In this document: positions 29,957 to 40,839 of the stretch, piece after piece
Position numbering within the stretch: the stretch's first letter is position 1
How the letters are laid out: each line of letters opens with the position of its first letter
NCBI GenBank assembly: GCA_039803545.1
Contig: JBDRYS010000002.1
Coordinates: 68,385-132,384 of the forward strand
Direction of reading: 5' to 3'
Source: a candidate division WOR-3 bacterium
GTDB lineage: Bacteria > Hydrothermota > Hydrothermia > UBA1063
DNA length: 64,000 nucleotides
Notes under the pieces: generated by a model
The model's database searches: none
The model's input: the letters and a program-made list of their open reading frames with translations, nothing else
What the model was told of the DNA's origin: nothing
Position numbers and translations under genes: made by a program

Positions 29957-31269
29957 CCCAACCTCCTTAATTCCTGCTTGCCATATTTAATCCATTGAAC
30001 ATGGTTTATTCTGGACGGGCAAACAAAGGCGCAAGAACCACACTCAATACAATCAAGAAGTCCATATTTTTCCTTTGCCTCAACAAATCTTTTGGCCTTG
30101 ATATAATCTACAAGCATCAGGGGTAAAAGTCCCATAGGGCAAACATCAACACACTTCGAACAGCGGATACAGTTATATTCCACAAAAGTTTTTGCATATT
30201 TCTTAGTAAAGAGCAAGATTCCCGATGTGCCTTTTATCACCGGGACTTCAAGGGTGTATTGAGCGATACCCATCATTGGACCACCATTTATAACCTTTAC
30301 GACATCCTCTGTCATTCCACCGGTCATATCAACAACATCCTGAAATCTCGTTCCGATTCTGATAAGATAGTTTCCACTCCCCTTGACACCATCACCAGAA
30401 AGGGTTGTCACCCTTTCGATTAAGGGTTTCCCAAATCTCACCGCCTCGTAAACAGCTAAGGAAGTCTGGACATTCTGCACTAAACATCCAACATCCATCG
30501 GTAAGCCACCACGAGGTACCTCTCTTCCAGTCAAAGCTTTAATTAGCTGTTTTTCAGCCCCTTCCGGGTACTTAGTTTTAACGACCTTGAGCTCAAATCC
30601 TTCAAAATCTTTTAAAACTTCAGAAACCTTTTTTATAGCTTCGGGTTTGTTATCCTCTATCGCTATGTAAACCTTAGAGGCGTTTAAGGCCCTCTTTATG
30701 AGGAAGGCACCCCATAAAACATCGGTGGGGCGTTCCTGTAAGATCCTGTCATCGGCAGTGAGGAATGGCTCACACTCAGCGCCGTTAATTATCACGGTAT
30801 CAATAGGCTTTTCCTTAGGAGGAGAAAGTTTTACATGGGTCGGGAATGCAGCACCGCCAAGTCCAACGATTCCAGCTTCTCTTACTGCATTGACAATTTC
30901 TTCTGGTGACGATTCCTGCCAGTTAGGCCTTTCCTTTGGTTCTTCAAACCATTCATCTTTCCCATCTGCTTCTATCACAATTGCAGGATAAGAAGTTAGA
31001 AGCACTGGATGGGGATGCTCAATGATAGTCTTAACTTTACCCGAAGTGGGCGCGTGAATTGCAGCAGAGATGTAACCATCAGCCTCGGCGATCTTCTGTC
31101 CTTTCTTCACTTCGTCACCCCTTTTAACAAGAGGCTTAGCAGGTTTCCCCGTGTGTTGTATGAGTGGGAGATACAGGGTCTGTGGGACCTCCAATCTCAC
31201 AATGGGTTTGGAAGTGGTCCACTTATTGTAAGGAGGATGAATTCCTCCCTTAAAAGTGTACTTAACCAT
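29953..31269 (-). CDS. rnfC: Rnf complex subunit C
   Basis: GGAAFPTHVKL and two 4Fe-4S motifs (CIRCSKCVDVCP, CIECGSCAFVCP). Confidence 0.85.
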   Translation of the reverse strand: MVKYTFKGGIHPPYNKWTTSKPIVRLEVPQTLYLPLIQHTGKPAKPLVKRGDEVKKGQKIAEADGYISAAIHAPTSGKVKTIIEHPHPVLLTSYPAIVIEADGKDEWFEEPKERPNWQESSPEEIVNAVREAGIVGLGGAAFPTHVKLSPPKEKPIDTVIINGAECEPFLTADDRILQERPTDVLWGAFLIKRALNASKVYIAIEDNKPEAIKKVSEVLKDFEGFELKVVKTKYPEGAEKQLIKALTGREVPRGGLPMDVGCLVQNVQTSLAVYEAVRFGKPLIERVTTLSGDGVKGSGNYLIRIGTRFQDVVDMTGGMTEDVVKVINGGPMMGIAQYTLEVPVIKGTSGILLFTKKYAKTFVEYNCIRCSKCVDVCPMGLLPLMLVDYIKAKRFVEAKEKYGLLDCIECGSCAFVCPSRINHVQWIKYGKQELRRLG

Positions 31270-31283
31270 ACAGTGGGCTCCTT

Positions 31284-31874
31284 TTATTTTTTGTAGTAAT
31301 TTTTGCCCAGATAAAAAGCCTTTAAATTGACCTCAATCGTCTCTTTCTTAACGTTGTCTGAAATGACCTTCTCCCAAACTTTATCTTCAAAGGGTAAGAA
31401 GTTCGAAATCACCCCAAGCAAGACCGTATTTGCTGTCCTCGCGTCCCCCGCTTGTCTCGCTAAATCCGTTGCTGGGACTAAAATCACCTCTGCCTTTGCT
31501 TTATCCCTTATCTGGTCCTCAATGTTCGTAGGATAGGTATCCAGCTTAAGAGAAACAGTCGTAGGTATTATTTCAAGGTCGTTTATAACAACCTTTCCTC
31601 CCTCCTCCTTTAAATAGTGAACCCAGCGTAACGCTTCCGATTTTTCAAAGGAAAGAATAATGTCACAAGCACCCTTTTCAACTAAAGGAGAATACACCTT
31701 TTTCCCAAAACGAACATGACTCACTACACTTCCACCTCTCTGAGACATTCCGTGAACCTCGCTCTTCTTTGCATCAAGACCGACTTCCATTGCAACCTTT
31801 GCGAGAATTTCCGAAGCAGTTAGGATCCCCTGGCCCCCTACGCCCGCAATAATAATATTAAAAATTCTGTCCAT
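31284..31874 (-). CDS. iorB: Indolepyruvate:ferredoxin oxidoreductase beta subunit (2-oxoacid:Fd oxidoreductase gamma-like)
   Basis: IIAGVGGQGILTASEILA...GMSQRGGSVVSHVRFG gamma-domain signature. Lies directly downstream of iorA. Confidence 0.7.
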   Translation of the reverse strand: MDRIFNIIIAGVGGQGILTASEILAKVAMEVGLDAKKSEVHGMSQRGGSVVSHVRFGKKVYSPLVEKGACDIILSFEKSEALRWVHYLKEEGGKVVINDLEIIPTTVSLKLDTYPTNIEDQIRDKAKAEVILVPATDLARQAGDARTANTVLLGVISNFLPFEDKVWEKVISDNVKKETIEVNLKAFYLGKNYYKK

Positions 31875-31883
31875 TTTCCCCTC

Positions 31884-33629
31884 CTAAGATATTGCACCAA
31901 AGGGACAAACCTGAATGCAAAGATCGCAACCAACACAAAGAAGCTCAGAAATGTAAGCCTTCCCATCCTTCATGCTGATCGCAGGGCAGCCGAGCTTTAT
32001 ACACCCCATACACTTTTCTCCTCTACATACATCAGGATTAACCTTTCGCTTAGGCCTTGCCGCCTGTTTCTTTCGTTCCTCTGGAAGTAATGCACAGGGC
32101 CTCTTTGAGATTATCACAGCTGGCTCATCCAGCTCCATAACTTCCTTGAGTACATCCCTTGTCCCTCTTAAGTTGTGAGGATCAACTTCATAAACCTTAT
32201 CTATACCGCAAGCCTTTACAATTTCCTTTATATCTACAGCCTTTGTTGGTTCTCCCTTTGCAGTTTTACCGGTCCCCGGATGGTCCTGATGCCCCGTCAT
32301 AGCGGTTATACGATTATCAAGGATAATGATCTTCGTGATACCCTTGTTATAAACTATGTCAATAAGCCCTGGAATACCTGTGTGAAGAAAAGTAGAATCG
32401 CCAATCACCCCGAAGAGCTTCTTCGAAAAATCCTTCCCCCTCGCCAGTTCAAAACCAAAGGCATTGGTAATTCCGGCTCCCATACAGATTGTGGTGTCAA
32501 TAGATTCATAGGGAGGCAGTGCACCTAAGGTATAGCATCCGATATCTCCCGTCACCGTAGCCTTTAATCTCCACAAATTGTAAAAAATCCCGGTGTGTGG
32601 GCACCCTGCACAGAATACAGGGGGCCTCGCAACCGACTTCAAGGGTTCAGGATGTGGTAATTCTGCACCAAGCACTCCCTTTCTCACAACCTCAGGGGAA
32701 AGCTCATCGCAAAGGGGTATGTACTTCTTGCCTTCAACCCCAGTGTAACCAAGAATTTTGATCTCTTCTTCAAGAAAAGGTTCATTCTCCTCTATTACTA
32801 TAATTCTTTTAACCATATTAGCAAACTTTTTGAAAAGGTCTACGGGGAAAGGATAAGACATTCCCAGCTTTAGAAAAGTTGCCTCCGGGAAAACCTCTTT
32901 GGCGTACTGGTAAGAAATCCCACTGGTCACGATCCCAAGAGAGGGGTCCCCCTCTTCAATTCTGTTCAGATTGGTTTGAGAAGCAAACTCCTGGAGCTTC
33001 TTCAACCGCTCCTCCACCACATAATGCCTTACCCTGGCGTTTGACGGCAAAATAACATACTTGCGGAAATCTTTGACATAATTCTTAAGTGGAACCTCTT
33101 CTCTCTCGCCGAGTTCAACTACTGTTTTTGAGTGTGAGAGGCGCGTCGTCATCCGGAAAAGCACGGGGGTATCAAACATTTCGGAAATCTTAAAAGCCTC
33201 CTTGAAAAAATCCTTGGCTTCATGAGAATCAGAGGGTTCAATAAGAGGTAACTTTGCGAACTTGGCATATCTGCGATTATCTTGTTCATTCTGAGAAGAG
33301 TGCATTCCAGGGTCGTCACAGGTCACTATTACAAAGCCCGCATTAATTCCCGTATAAGATGAGGTAAATAAGGGATCAGCAGCCACATTTAAGCCAACGT
33401 GCTTCATCGAAGTCATGCTTCTTGCACCTGCTATTGCTGCACCAAGGGCTACTTCAAAGGCAACCTTTTCGTTCGTTGACCACTCTGCGTAAATTTCCTT
33501 GTACTTTGCCACATTTTCAAGTATTTCCGTAGATGGAGTACCTGGATAAGCTGTTGCTACCCTTACACCAGCCTCCCATGCGCCTCTGGCAATAGCTTCA
33601 TTGCCAGATAGCAATTCCTTTTTACCCAT
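31884..33629 (-). CDS. iorA: Indolepyruvate:ferredoxin oxidoreductase alpha subunit
   Basis: PorA-like N-terminus, TPP-binding middle part, C-terminal 2x[4Fe-4S] (CMGCIKLGCP, CVGCDLCIQVCP). Start moved to ATG 33629, which has GGAGG 5 nt upstream. Confidence 0.75.
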   Translation of the reverse strand: MGKKELLSGNEAIARGAWEAGVRVATAYPGTPSTEILENVAKYKEIYAEWSTNEKVAFEVALGAAIAGARSMTSMKHVGLNVAADPLFTSSYTGINAGFVIVTCDDPGMHSSQNEQDNRRYAKFAKLPLIEPSDSHEAKDFFKEAFKISEMFDTPVLFRMTTRLSHSKTVVELGEREEVPLKNYVKDFRKYVILPSNARVRHYVVEERLKKLQEFASQTNLNRIEEGDPSLGIVTSGISYQYAKEVFPEATFLKLGMSYPFPVDLFKKFANMVKRIIVIEENEPFLEEEIKILGYTGVEGKKYIPLCDELSPEVVRKGVLGAELPHPEPLKSVARPPVFCAGCPHTGIFYNLWRLKATVTGDIGCYTLGALPPYESIDTTICMGAGITNAFGFELARGKDFSKKLFGVIGDSTFLHTGIPGLIDIVYNKGITKIIILDNRITAMTGHQDHPGTGKTAKGEPTKAVDIKEIVKACGIDKVYEVDPHNLRGTRDVLKEVMELDEPAVIISKRPCALLPEERKKQAARPKRKVNPDVCRGEKCMGCIKLGCPAISMKDGKAYISELLCVGCDLCIQVCPFGAIS

Positions 33630-33665
33630 GTTGGCCTCCAAGGATTATAAGACTAAGAGATATCT

Positions 33666-33721
33666 TTGAAAAAGAAGAAAAAAGAAAAAGAAGCGAAAGG
33701 CTGATTAAATCAGCCTTCCGC
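33666..33721 (-). terminator. Rho-independent terminator of the alpha operon (after rplQ), overlapping the rplQ stop codon
   Basis: Minus strand: GCGGAAGGCTGAT-TTA-ATCAGCCTTTCGC (13-bp stem, one G-U) followed by TTCTTTTTCTTTTTTCTTCTTTTTC. Confidence 0.7.
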
Positions 33722-34102
33722 TTTAAGTTCAAAAGGTTTTTGTGGTTGTTCAAGGAGCTCCAGAATCGCCATTTGTGCATTGTCTCCCTTCCTGGGTGGG
33801 AGCCTCAAAATCCTGGTATACCCCCCATTCTTATCTTTAAATAGAGGGGCTATTTCCTTGAAAAGTCTCTCAAGGATCCTTCTGTCATTATTTAAGTACC
33901 TTGCAGCCAACCTTATGGATGCAAGGTCATTTTTCTTCGCAATGGTTATTAACTTTTCAATGAGTCTTCGCGTCTCTTTAGCCTTAGGAAGGGTAGTCTT
34001 AATTCTGCCGTGAATTATAAGTGACATAACCTGGTTTCTTAAAACAGCTTCTCTATGTTCTTTAACCATCCCAAGCTTTTTAACTTTTTTAAGGTGCCTC
34101 AT
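33710..34102 (-). CDS. rplQ: 50S ribosomal protein L17
   Basis: MRHLKKVKKLG...HGRIKTT family signature. Confidence 0.9.
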   Translation of the reverse strand: MRHLKKVKKLGMVKEHREAVLRNQVMSLIIHGRIKTTLPKAKETRRLIEKLITIAKKNDLASIRLAARYLNNDRRILERLFKEIAPLFKDKNGGYTRILRLPPRKGDNAQMAILELLEQPQKPFELKAEG

Positions 34103-34112
34103 TCGCTACCTC

Positions 34113-35129
34113 CTAAATTTCGTATTCCTTCAAGTTCATTCCAAAGGTGAGTCCATACAAAGCGAGTTTCTCTTCGATCTCCTTAAGAGACTTTTCCCCG
34201 AGATTCTTCATCTTTAAAATGTGTTCCTTATTCAAAGTAACCAGTTCCTTTATTTTTGTAATGCCCTCATCCTTCAGTACATTGAGAGTACGCTTTGAAA
34301 GCTCAAGTTCATCAATATCCTTTTCCAAGAGCTCCTTGATTTTCATCTTCTTTTCATAATCAATCACTGGCCTTACTTCTTTAAATAGTTCGGTCTCTTG
34401 CTTAAAGCGCGAGAAAACATCAAGAATAAGGTCTACCCCATATTGGAGGACCTCATCCGGGGAAACGGTGCCATCTGTCCACAACTCAAGAGTCAGCTTC
34501 TCAAAATCGGTTCTGGCCTTCACTCTCACATTTTCAACAGTGAAATTAACCTTAGTAACAGGAGAAAAGAGTCCATCCATCTTTATATAGCCTATCGGAA
34601 GGTCATCTATGTTTATATCCTCGGCTGGTACGTATCCTCTCCCATGAACAGCGTAAAGTTCCATATTCACGACAACATCATCTCCAGTAATGGTGAACAG
34701 ATGTTGATCGGGATTAACAATGGCAACATATTCAGGCGTTTTTATATCTCCAGCTTTATACTCTCTCTTTTCCTCCGCTCTCAAACTCAGGGTTGCTTTC
34801 TTCTCAATTTCAGGTTCAAATTTGATCCTAACCTTTTTAAGATTGAGAATGATATTTGTTACATCCTCATATACGCCGTCCATAGCGTAGAACTCATGGG
34901 GAACTCCATCAATTTTTACTGCAACAATCGCATAACCAGGAATAGAAGAAAGAAGTATTCTTCTCAAAACATTTCCAATAGTGTGTCCGAAACCTCTTTC
35001 GAGGGGAGAAAATACGTATCTTCCGTAATCATTAAGTACCTCCTCCTTGTAAACACCAAGGGGGAGGACATACTTGACATCCTTAACGAAACTAAAATCG
35101 ATACCTTCCTGTTTCTTATATACTGGCAT
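34113..35129 (-). CDS. rpoA: DNA-directed RNA polymerase alpha subunit
   Basis: Alpha NTD/CTD; position between rpsD and rplQ. Confidence 0.95.
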   Translation of the reverse strand: MPVYKKQEGIDFSFVKDVKYVLPLGVYKEEVLNDYGRYVFSPLERGFGHTIGNVLRRILLSSIPGYAIVAVKIDGVPHEFYAMDGVYEDVTNIILNLKKVRIKFEPEIEKKATLSLRAEEKREYKAGDIKTPEYVAIVNPDQHLFTITGDDVVVNMELYAVHGRGYVPAEDINIDDLPIGYIKMDGLFSPVTKVNFTVENVRVKARTDFEKLTLELWTDGTVSPDEVLQYGVDLILDVFSRFKQETELFKEVRPVIDYEKKMKIKELLEKDIDELELSKRTLNVLKDEGITKIKELVTLNKEHILKMKNLGEKSLKEIEEKLALYGLTFGMNLKEYEI

Positions 35130-35137
35130 AAGTTACC

Positions 35138-35767
35138 TCACTTAGAATAAAGCTCTACAATCAATGTTTCGTTAATCGGGAATGTAACGTCGCTTCTCTC
35201 AGGCAACCTAACGACTCTCCCTCTAAAATGCTCTTTATCGAGCTCTAACCACGTTGGAACATCAAAGGTCTTTCTTTCTTCAAGACTTTCTACCACAAAG
35301 GGTATATTCCTTGAGTTTTCTCTTACTTCAATAATATCATTAACGTAAACGAGATAAGATGGGATATCAACCTTTTTACCGTTAACCAGCACATGACCAT
35401 GTCTCACAAGTTGCCTTGCCTGATTCCTTGACTTGGCGAAACCCAATAAATAACAAACATTATCGAGCCTTCTTTCCAGTAAGCTTAGCAGATTTTCCCC
35501 AGTATTACCCGGCATCTTTTTCGCCATTTCAAAGTATCTTCTGAATTGAGCCTCTAAAACACCGTAAATCCTCTTAACTTTCTGCTTTTCTCTTAGCTGC
35601 ATTCCGTAAATAGATAACTTTTTCCGAGCCGCACCTGGGGGCGCACCAGGAACAGACTTTCTTCTTTCAAGAGCGCATTTGTTGGTTTTACAACGATCGC
35701 CCCTTAAAAATAACTTAATACCTTCTCTTCTACACAATCTGCACTTTGGGCCAGTGTAACGTGCCAT
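35138..35767 (-). CDS. rpsD: 30S ribosomal protein S4
   Basis: [16 protein letters not shown]... Confidence 0.95.
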   Translation of the reverse strand: MARYTGPKCRLCRREGIKLFLRGDRCKTNKCALERRKSVPGAPPGAARKKLSIYGMQLREKQKVKRIYGVLEAQFRRYFEMAKKMPGNTGENLLSLLERRLDNVCYLLGFAKSRNQARQLVRHGHVLVNGKKVDIPSYLVYVNDIIEVRENSRNIPFVVESLEERKTFDVPTWLELDKEHFRGRVVRLPERSDVTFPINETLIVELYSK

Positions 35768-35773
35768 AGCTAA

Positions 35774-36184
35774 TTAAACCCTCCTTCTCTTAGGTGGTCT
35801 GCACCCATTATGAGGTATTGGAGTTACATCTTTAATACCGATGACTTCAAGACCGGCAGATTGAATAGCCCTTATTGCCGTTTCTCTACCTGGTCCAGGG
35901 CCCTTAACCCAGACTTCAACCTTCTGGAGACCCAAATCTTTTGCTTCTTTTGCAGCTTTCTGGGCCGCAGAGCCAGCAGCAAAAGGTGTTCCTTTTCTGG
36001 TTCCAGTAAACCCGACCGTTCCTCCGCTTGCCCACGTGATGGTATTGCCCTTCAAATCAGTAATAGTCACAATAGTATTATTAAAAGTTGAATAAACATG
36101 AGCAATCCCTACGGGCTCAACTATTTTTGCCTTTCTCTTTCTTCTCTGTGCTTGCGACTCCCTCGTTTTCTTAGGTGCTGCCAT
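35774..36184 (-). CDS. rpsK: 30S ribosomal protein S11
   Basis: [16 protein letters not shown]... Confidence 0.95.
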   Translation of the reverse strand: MAAPKKTRESQAQRRKRKAKIVEPVGIAHVYSTFNNTIVTITDLKGNTITWASGGTVGFTGTRKGTPFAAGSAAQKAAKEAKDLGLQKVEVWVKGPGPGRETAIRAIQSAGLEVIGIKDVTPIPHNGCRPPKRRRV

Positions 36185-36198
36185 ATATACCGCCTCCC

Positions 36199-36576
36199 TT
36201 ACTTACCTGCTGTTTTCTTCTTTTTAAACATGTTTCCTCTCGGACCCTTACGAGTTCTTGCATTGCAACGGGTTCTCTGTCCTCTTACGGGAAGACCAGC
36301 TTGATGTCTCAACCCTCTGTAACAACCTATGTCAATCAACCTCTTGATGTTTCTCTGAACTTCAGCCCTTAAAGCTCCCTCAACCTTATATTTGGAAACC
36401 TCGTCTCTGAGCTTAGCAACCTCTTCTGGCGTCAAATCCTTCGTCTTCTTGTCGGGTGAGATTCCAGTAGCTTCAAGTATCTTCTTTGCCGTTGAGAAGC
36501 CTATTCCATAAATATAGGTCAGGGCCACAAGAATCTTTTTATCTCTTGGTAAGTCAACACCAGCAATCCTTGCCAT
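36199..36576 (-). CDS. rpsM: 30S ribosomal protein S13
   Basis: [14 protein letters not shown]... Confidence 0.95.
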   Translation of the reverse strand: MARIAGVDLPRDKKILVALTYIYGIGFSTAKKILEATGISPDKKTKDLTPEEVAKLRDEVSKYKVEGALRAEVQRNIKRLIDIGCYRGLRHQAGLPVRGQRTRCNARTRKGPRGNMFKKKKTAGK

Positions 36577-36584
36577 TTTCCCTC

Positions 36585-36698
36585 CTAACCCTGTCTTTGC
36601 TTGTGTTTAGGGTTTTCACAAATAACCATTACCCTTCCCTTTCTTTTAACAATTTTACATTTATTGCAAATCTTTTTGACAGAAGACCTTACCTTCAT
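36585..36698 (-). CDS. rpmJ: 50S ribosomal protein L36 (zinc-binding)
   Basis: Not in the ORF track because it is below 60 aa. Manual translation gives [37 protein letters not shown]. Confidence 0.9.
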   Translation of the reverse strand: MKVRSSVKKICNKCKIVKRKGRVMVICENPKHKQRQG

Positions 36699-36764
36699 TA
36701 AAAAATCCTCCTCGTGAAGTTTATCAATTTTAATGCAAACACCATAGAGTGTCAAAAGTAATCC

Positions 36765-36983
36765 CTATTTATACCTAAAAACAATACGACCTCTTGTGAG
36801 GTCGTATGGTGATAATTCCACTATGACTCGATCCCCGGGCAAGATCTTAATAAAATTCATTCTCATCTTACCCGAGACGTGAGCAAGTACAACCACACCG
36901 TTGTCAAGGGTAACGCGAAACATCGCGTTAGGCAAAACTTCTTTTACCGTTCCTTCCATTCTAATTACGTTTTTCTTATCCAT
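36765..36983 (-). CDS. infA: Translation initiation factor IF-1
   Basis: [16 protein letters not shown]... Confidence 0.95.
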   Translation of the reverse strand: MDKKNVIRMEGTVKEVLPNAMFRVTLDNGVVVLAHVSGKMRMNFIKILPGDRVIVELSPYDLTRGRIVFRYK

Positions 36984-37734
36984 AAACCACCTTAGTTAAG
37001 TTTTGAAAGCCATCCTTAGTAACCAAAATCGTCTCTTCAAAATGGGCTGCTAAGGAGCCATCTTGTGTAACTATCGTCCAACCATTTTCCTTTTCTCTCA
37101 CATCTCCACTTCCTAAGGTAAACATGGGCTCAATGGCAATGATTACCCCTTCGTAGAGTACCGGTCCATTTCCTTTGGGGCCAAAATTGGGTATAAAGGG
37201 ATCTTCGTGCAATCTAAGTCCTACCCCATGACCCCCCAGAATCTTAACAACACCAAGCTTAAATTTGTTAGCCGTTTCCTCAATTGCATGAGAAATATCA
37301 CCAACCCGGATTCCTTCCTTAATGACTGACATCCCTTCCATCAGTGCGAGTTTCGTACCACTCACTAACCTATTAATGTTAATATCACCATTATTTCCAA
37401 GGAAATACGTTTTGGCTGCGTCACTGAAAAAACCTTGATAATTAACGCCTATATCCACTTTAACAAGGTCACCCTCTTTTAAAACCCTCTGGTCAGGAAT
37501 TCCATGGACAACCTCATCATTGATTGATATACAGCTTGATGCAGGATATCCTCTGTAACCAAGAAAAGCGGGTTCAGCCTTGAAGCTAACAATAGTTTCG
37601 AAAATAAAATCATCCAGTTCCTTTGACGTGATGCCCGGCCTTATATATTCGTCTACTTTATGAAAAACTCTGCGGAGGATATCCGCAGACTTCTTGATCA
37701 TCTCGATTTCCTTGGGTTTTTTGATATAAATCAT
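36976..37734 (-). CDS. map: Methionine aminopeptidase type I
   Basis: Pita-bread fold motifs; position between adk and infA. Confidence 0.9.
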   Translation of the reverse strand: MIYIKKPKEIEMIKKSADILRRVFHKVDEYIRPGITSKELDDFIFETIVSFKAEPAFLGYRGYPASSCISINDEVVHGIPDQRVLKEGDLVKVDIGVNYQGFFSDAAKTYFLGNNGDININRLVSGTKLALMEGMSVIKEGIRVGDISHAIEETANKFKLGVVKILGGHGVGLRLHEDPFIPNFGPKGNGPVLYEGVIIAIEPMFTLGSGDVREKENGWTIVTQDGSLAAHFEETILVTKDGFQNLTKVVYG

Positions 37735-38375
37735 AATCCAATAATCTTGAGTAAATTCTTATAAACCTCGTCCGGAGATTGGTTCCCATCAACTTTCTTT
37801 AGAAGAGCCTTTCTCTCATAATACTCTAAGAGAGGCAAAGTTTGCTGGTAATAGACTTTAAGACGATTCTCGATGGTCTCTTCATTATCATCGCTGCGCT
37901 TTACCAATTTAACTCCGCAAAGATCACAAACCTCATCATTCTTTGGTGGTTCGGTAATCAAGTTATAAACTCTCTTGCAAGAAGGGCAAACCCTGCGTGC
38001 TAAAAGCCTCTTTTTAACTTCCTCATTCGAAACATCAAAATAAATAACTCCTGTTAAGCCCTTATTTAGCGTCTCCAGAAGGCGATCAAGACCTTCCGCT
38101 TGATTCACGTTCCTTGGAAAACCGTCAAGAACAAACTGTTCAAACTGCAGTACCTTCTCCCTGACCAGCCCAATAATAATATCGTCAGGCACAAGTTCAC
38201 CTCTTTCCATATAAATCTTCGCTACTTCCCCCAAAGTCGTTCCTTTACTTACAGCTTCTCTCAAAATATCACCCGTAGAAACTTTAACAATTCCGAAATC
38301 ATTCTGTAATTTATCCGCCTGGGTTCCCTTGCCAGCACCGGGAGGTCCAAGAAATACCAGCCTTATCCTCTCCAT
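37731..38375 (-). CDS. adk: Adenylate kinase (zinc-finger lid)
   Basis: LGPPGAGKGTQA P-loop; CPSC...CDLC lid. Confidence 0.95.
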   Translation of the reverse strand: MERIRLVFLGPPGAGKGTQADKLQNDFGIVKVSTGDILREAVSKGTTLGEVAKIYMERGELVPDDIIIGLVREKVLQFEQFVLDGFPRNVNQAEGLDRLLETLNKGLTGVIYFDVSNEEVKKRLLARRVCPSCKRVYNLITEPPKNDEVCDLCGVKLVKRSDDNEETIENRLKVYYQQTLPLLEYYERKALLKKVDGNQSPDEVYKNLLKIIGL

Positions 38376-39676
38376 CCCCTGATCTTGCCTTTTTTCAAAA
38401 GGCCTTCATACTGATTCATTATCAAGTAGGAGTTTATTTGTTGCATTAATTCAAGAGCAACACCCACAATAATGAGAATTCTCGTTCCTCCAAAATAAAG
38501 CTGAGCCCCCGTCCACCTCATTATATGATAAGGGAGAATGGCAATGAGGGCAAAAGCGATTGCACCGGGTAAAAGAATCCGGCTCATTACTTTATCAATA
38601 TATTCCGCAGTTTTCTGCCCAGGTCTTACGCCTGGTATAAACCCGGAATACCTTTGAAGGTTGTCAGCAAGGTCCTTGGGATTAAGAACAATTGAAGTAT
38701 AATAATAGGCAAAAAATACAATTAACACAGCGTAGATTAGATCGTATATCACATTTCCTGGCCTGAACTTAGTTGCAAAGTTCTGCAAGAAATCTACCTT
38801 TGCAAACATTGCTAAGTTACTGGGAATCATGAGGATAGTTTGTGCGAAAATGATAGGAATTACACCAGCGGTATTAAGAGTTAACGGGAGATATGTGGAC
38901 TGTCCACCGTATATCCTCCTACCCACAATCTTTTTCGCATATTGGATGGGTATACGCCTTTGCGCTTCTGTAATCATGACGACACCCGCAATTGTAAGAA
39001 CTATGATCACAAGTAAAAATAGAAAAGCAAGAGGCGAAATAGAACCAGAACGCAATAACTGGAAAGTATTGGCAAATTCATATGGAACAGAATCGAGAGA
39101 ACCAGCGAAAATAAGTACAGAAATACCGTTTCCTATTCCATTATCGGTAATCTGTTCGCCAAGCCACATTAAAAACAAAGTTCCCGCTATGAGAGATACT
39201 ATTGTCTGAAACATAAAGGCTGGACCCGGATTGGGGACAACTCTCGCCCCTGAAGGGGCAACAACGTTCGATAGAAAGAGGGCAATACCAAAAGCCTGAA
39301 TGCCAGCAACAACTACAGTAAAATACCTTGTATACCTGTTTATGAGCCTTCTTCCGTGTTCACCCTCCTTTTGCAGTCTCTCTAAGTAGGGCCATGTAGT
39401 TGTAAGTAACTGGATGATAATCGAAGCGGAAATGTAAGGCATTATTCCAGCACCGAAAATTGCAGCCCTTTGTAATGCACCTCCAACGAAGATGTCGTAG
39501 AGTCCAAATATGGTCCCTGTAAACTGCGTTTTGAAAAACTCAGCTAAAGCTTGACCGTTAATGCCAGGGAGGGGAATATGGGTACCAATTCTGTATATCA
39601 CTATGATGAAAAGGGTAAAAAGTATCCTCTTCCGTAATTCTCCTATTTTGGGTATGGCATCAAGATTCTTTAACAT
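38363..39676 (-). CDS. secY: Preprotein translocase SecY
   Basis: 10-TM SecY. Confidence 0.95.
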   Translation of the reverse strand: MLKNLDAIPKIGELRKRILFTLFIIVIYRIGTHIPLPGINGQALAEFFKTQFTGTIFGLYDIFVGGALQRAAIFGAGIMPYISASIIIQLLTTTWPYLERLQKEGEHGRRLINRYTRYFTVVVAGIQAFGIALFLSNVVAPSGARVVPNPGPAFMFQTIVSLIAGTLFLMWLGEQITDNGIGNGISVLIFAGSLDSVPYEFANTFQLLRSGSISPLAFLFLLVIIVLTIAGVVMITEAQRRIPIQYAKKIVGRRIYGGQSTYLPLTLNTAGVIPIIFAQTILMIPSNLAMFAKVDFLQNFATKFRPGNVIYDLIYAVLIVFFAYYYTSIVLNPKDLADNLQRYSGFIPGVRPGQKTAEYIDKVMSRILLPGAIAFALIAILPYHIMRWTGAQLYFGGTRILIIVGVALELMQQINSYLIMNQYEGLLKKGKIRGWRG

Positions 39677-40112
39677 TTATTTTCCCACCCGCTTTTTCAA
39701 TTTTTGCTTTTGCACTTTCCGAGATCTTGTCTACTTCTATGACAAAAGGCCTCGAAACCTCACCGCGGCCGAGAACTTTCACCGGCTTATTTTCATCCTT
39801 TATCAACCCTTTTTGTAGAAGTGTTTCCCGATTCACAACATCACCAGCGTCAAAGTATTTATCAAGGATATCAAGATTCACAATCTGATATTCAACGCGG
39901 AATGGGTTTTTAAACCCTCTCTTAGGCAACCTTCTGTAAAGGGGCATCTGCCCACCTTCAAACCATACGGGCTTAGCTCCGCCACTTCTTGCCTTTTGCC
40001 CCTTATGCCCCCTTCCTGCAGTCTTACCATGACCTGATCCTGGGCCTCTTCCAACCCTCTTCTTTCTTTTCTTGGCCCCTTCGTTAGGACGTAAAGAACT
40101 CAAATCCATCAT
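39660..40112 (-). CDS. rplO: 50S ribosomal protein L15
   Basis: Family match. Confidence 0.9.
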   Translation of the reverse strand: MMDLSSLRPNEGAKKRKKRVGRGPGSGHGKTAGRGHKGQKARSGGAKPVWFEGGQMPLYRRLPKRGFKNPFRVEYQIVNLDILDKYFDAGDVVNRETLLQKGLIKDENKPVKVLGRGEVSRPFVIEVDKISESAKAKIEKAGGKINVKES

Positions 40113-40318
40113 TTCTTCTCCTCCCCCTCAATTTCTTCAACCTTAAGCAGATAAGCAACCTGATTTATCATACCCCTGATCTGTGGTGTATCTTTATGAA
40201 TCTTCGTCTTTCCAATTCTACCAAGACCAAGAGCTTTTAAGGTCAATTTATGCCTTTTATCAACATCTATCGAACTTTTAATTTGTTGTACTTTCAGAAG
40301 CTTTTGTGACACGGCCAA
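40109..40318 (-). CDS. rpmD: 50S ribosomal protein L30
   Basis: Family match. Confidence 0.9.
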   Translation of the reverse strand: MAVSQKLLKVQQIKSSIDVDKRHKLTLKALGLGRIGKTKIHKDTPQIRGMINQVAYLLKVEEIEGEEKK

Positions 40319-40829
40319 ACCTCCTTAAAACTTTTTCTGGGTTAAGCCCCCTTTCCTTTATGATTCTTTCTGGATCCACCAGCGAGGTCACAGCCTTATA
40401 AGTAGCCTTCATAAGGTTAATAGGGTTATTGGACCCCAAGGACTTAGTCAGAACATTCTGATAACCAGCCGCTTCAAGAACAGCTCTAACCGCTTGAGTT
40501 GCAATAATACCTGTACCAGGGGCAGCAGGTTTGAGTAAAATCTCCGATGCACCTTCCTTGACAATCACTTCATAAGGTAGAGTTCCATTTTTGATCACAC
40601 ACTGCTTCAGGTTTTTGCGAGCCCTCCTGAGGGCTTTTTGTATTGCCTCTGGAGTTTCAGCAGCTTTCCCGTGTCCGATTCCCACTCTACCATTTCCGTC
40701 ACCCACAACCACCCACACCGACATTTTAAGGTTTTTGCCACCCTTTGTAACTTTTGTAACTCTGTTGATATAAACTATATTTTCAATTAGTTCAGAACTT
40801 TCCCTTTCAAATTCTTCAAAAAGTGCCAT
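40278..40829 (-). CDS. rpsE: 30S ribosomal protein S5 (C-terminal extension overlapping rpmD by 41 nt)
   Basis: [29 protein letters not shown]. Confidence 0.9.
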   Translation of the reverse strand: MALFEEFERESSELIENIVYINRVTKVTKGGKNLKMSVWVVVGDGNGRVGIGHGKAAETPEAIQKALRRARKNLKQCVIKNGTLPYEVIVKEGASEILLKPAAPGTGIIATQAVRAVLEAAGYQNVLTKSLGSNNPINLMKATYKAVTSLVDPERIIKERGLNPEKVLRRFGRVTKASESTTN

Positions 40830-40839
40830 ACCTTACCTC

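Noticed and set aside
33642-33660. TATAAT element 14 nt upstream of the iorA ATG as a dedicated promoter
   Set aside because: The -10 would place the TSS inside the SD, so it is ambiguous. It is mentioned only within a finding.
34398-35150. Long antisense ORFs opposite conserved genes. Examples are 34398..35150 opposite rpoA, 42039..42548, 44446..45084, 45757..46239, 48755..49597 opposite tuf, and 47689..48138.
   Set aside because: They lie entirely within, and antisense to, near-universally conserved ribosomal or EF genes. Their sequences are low-complexity with no domain signatures. They are shadow ORFs.
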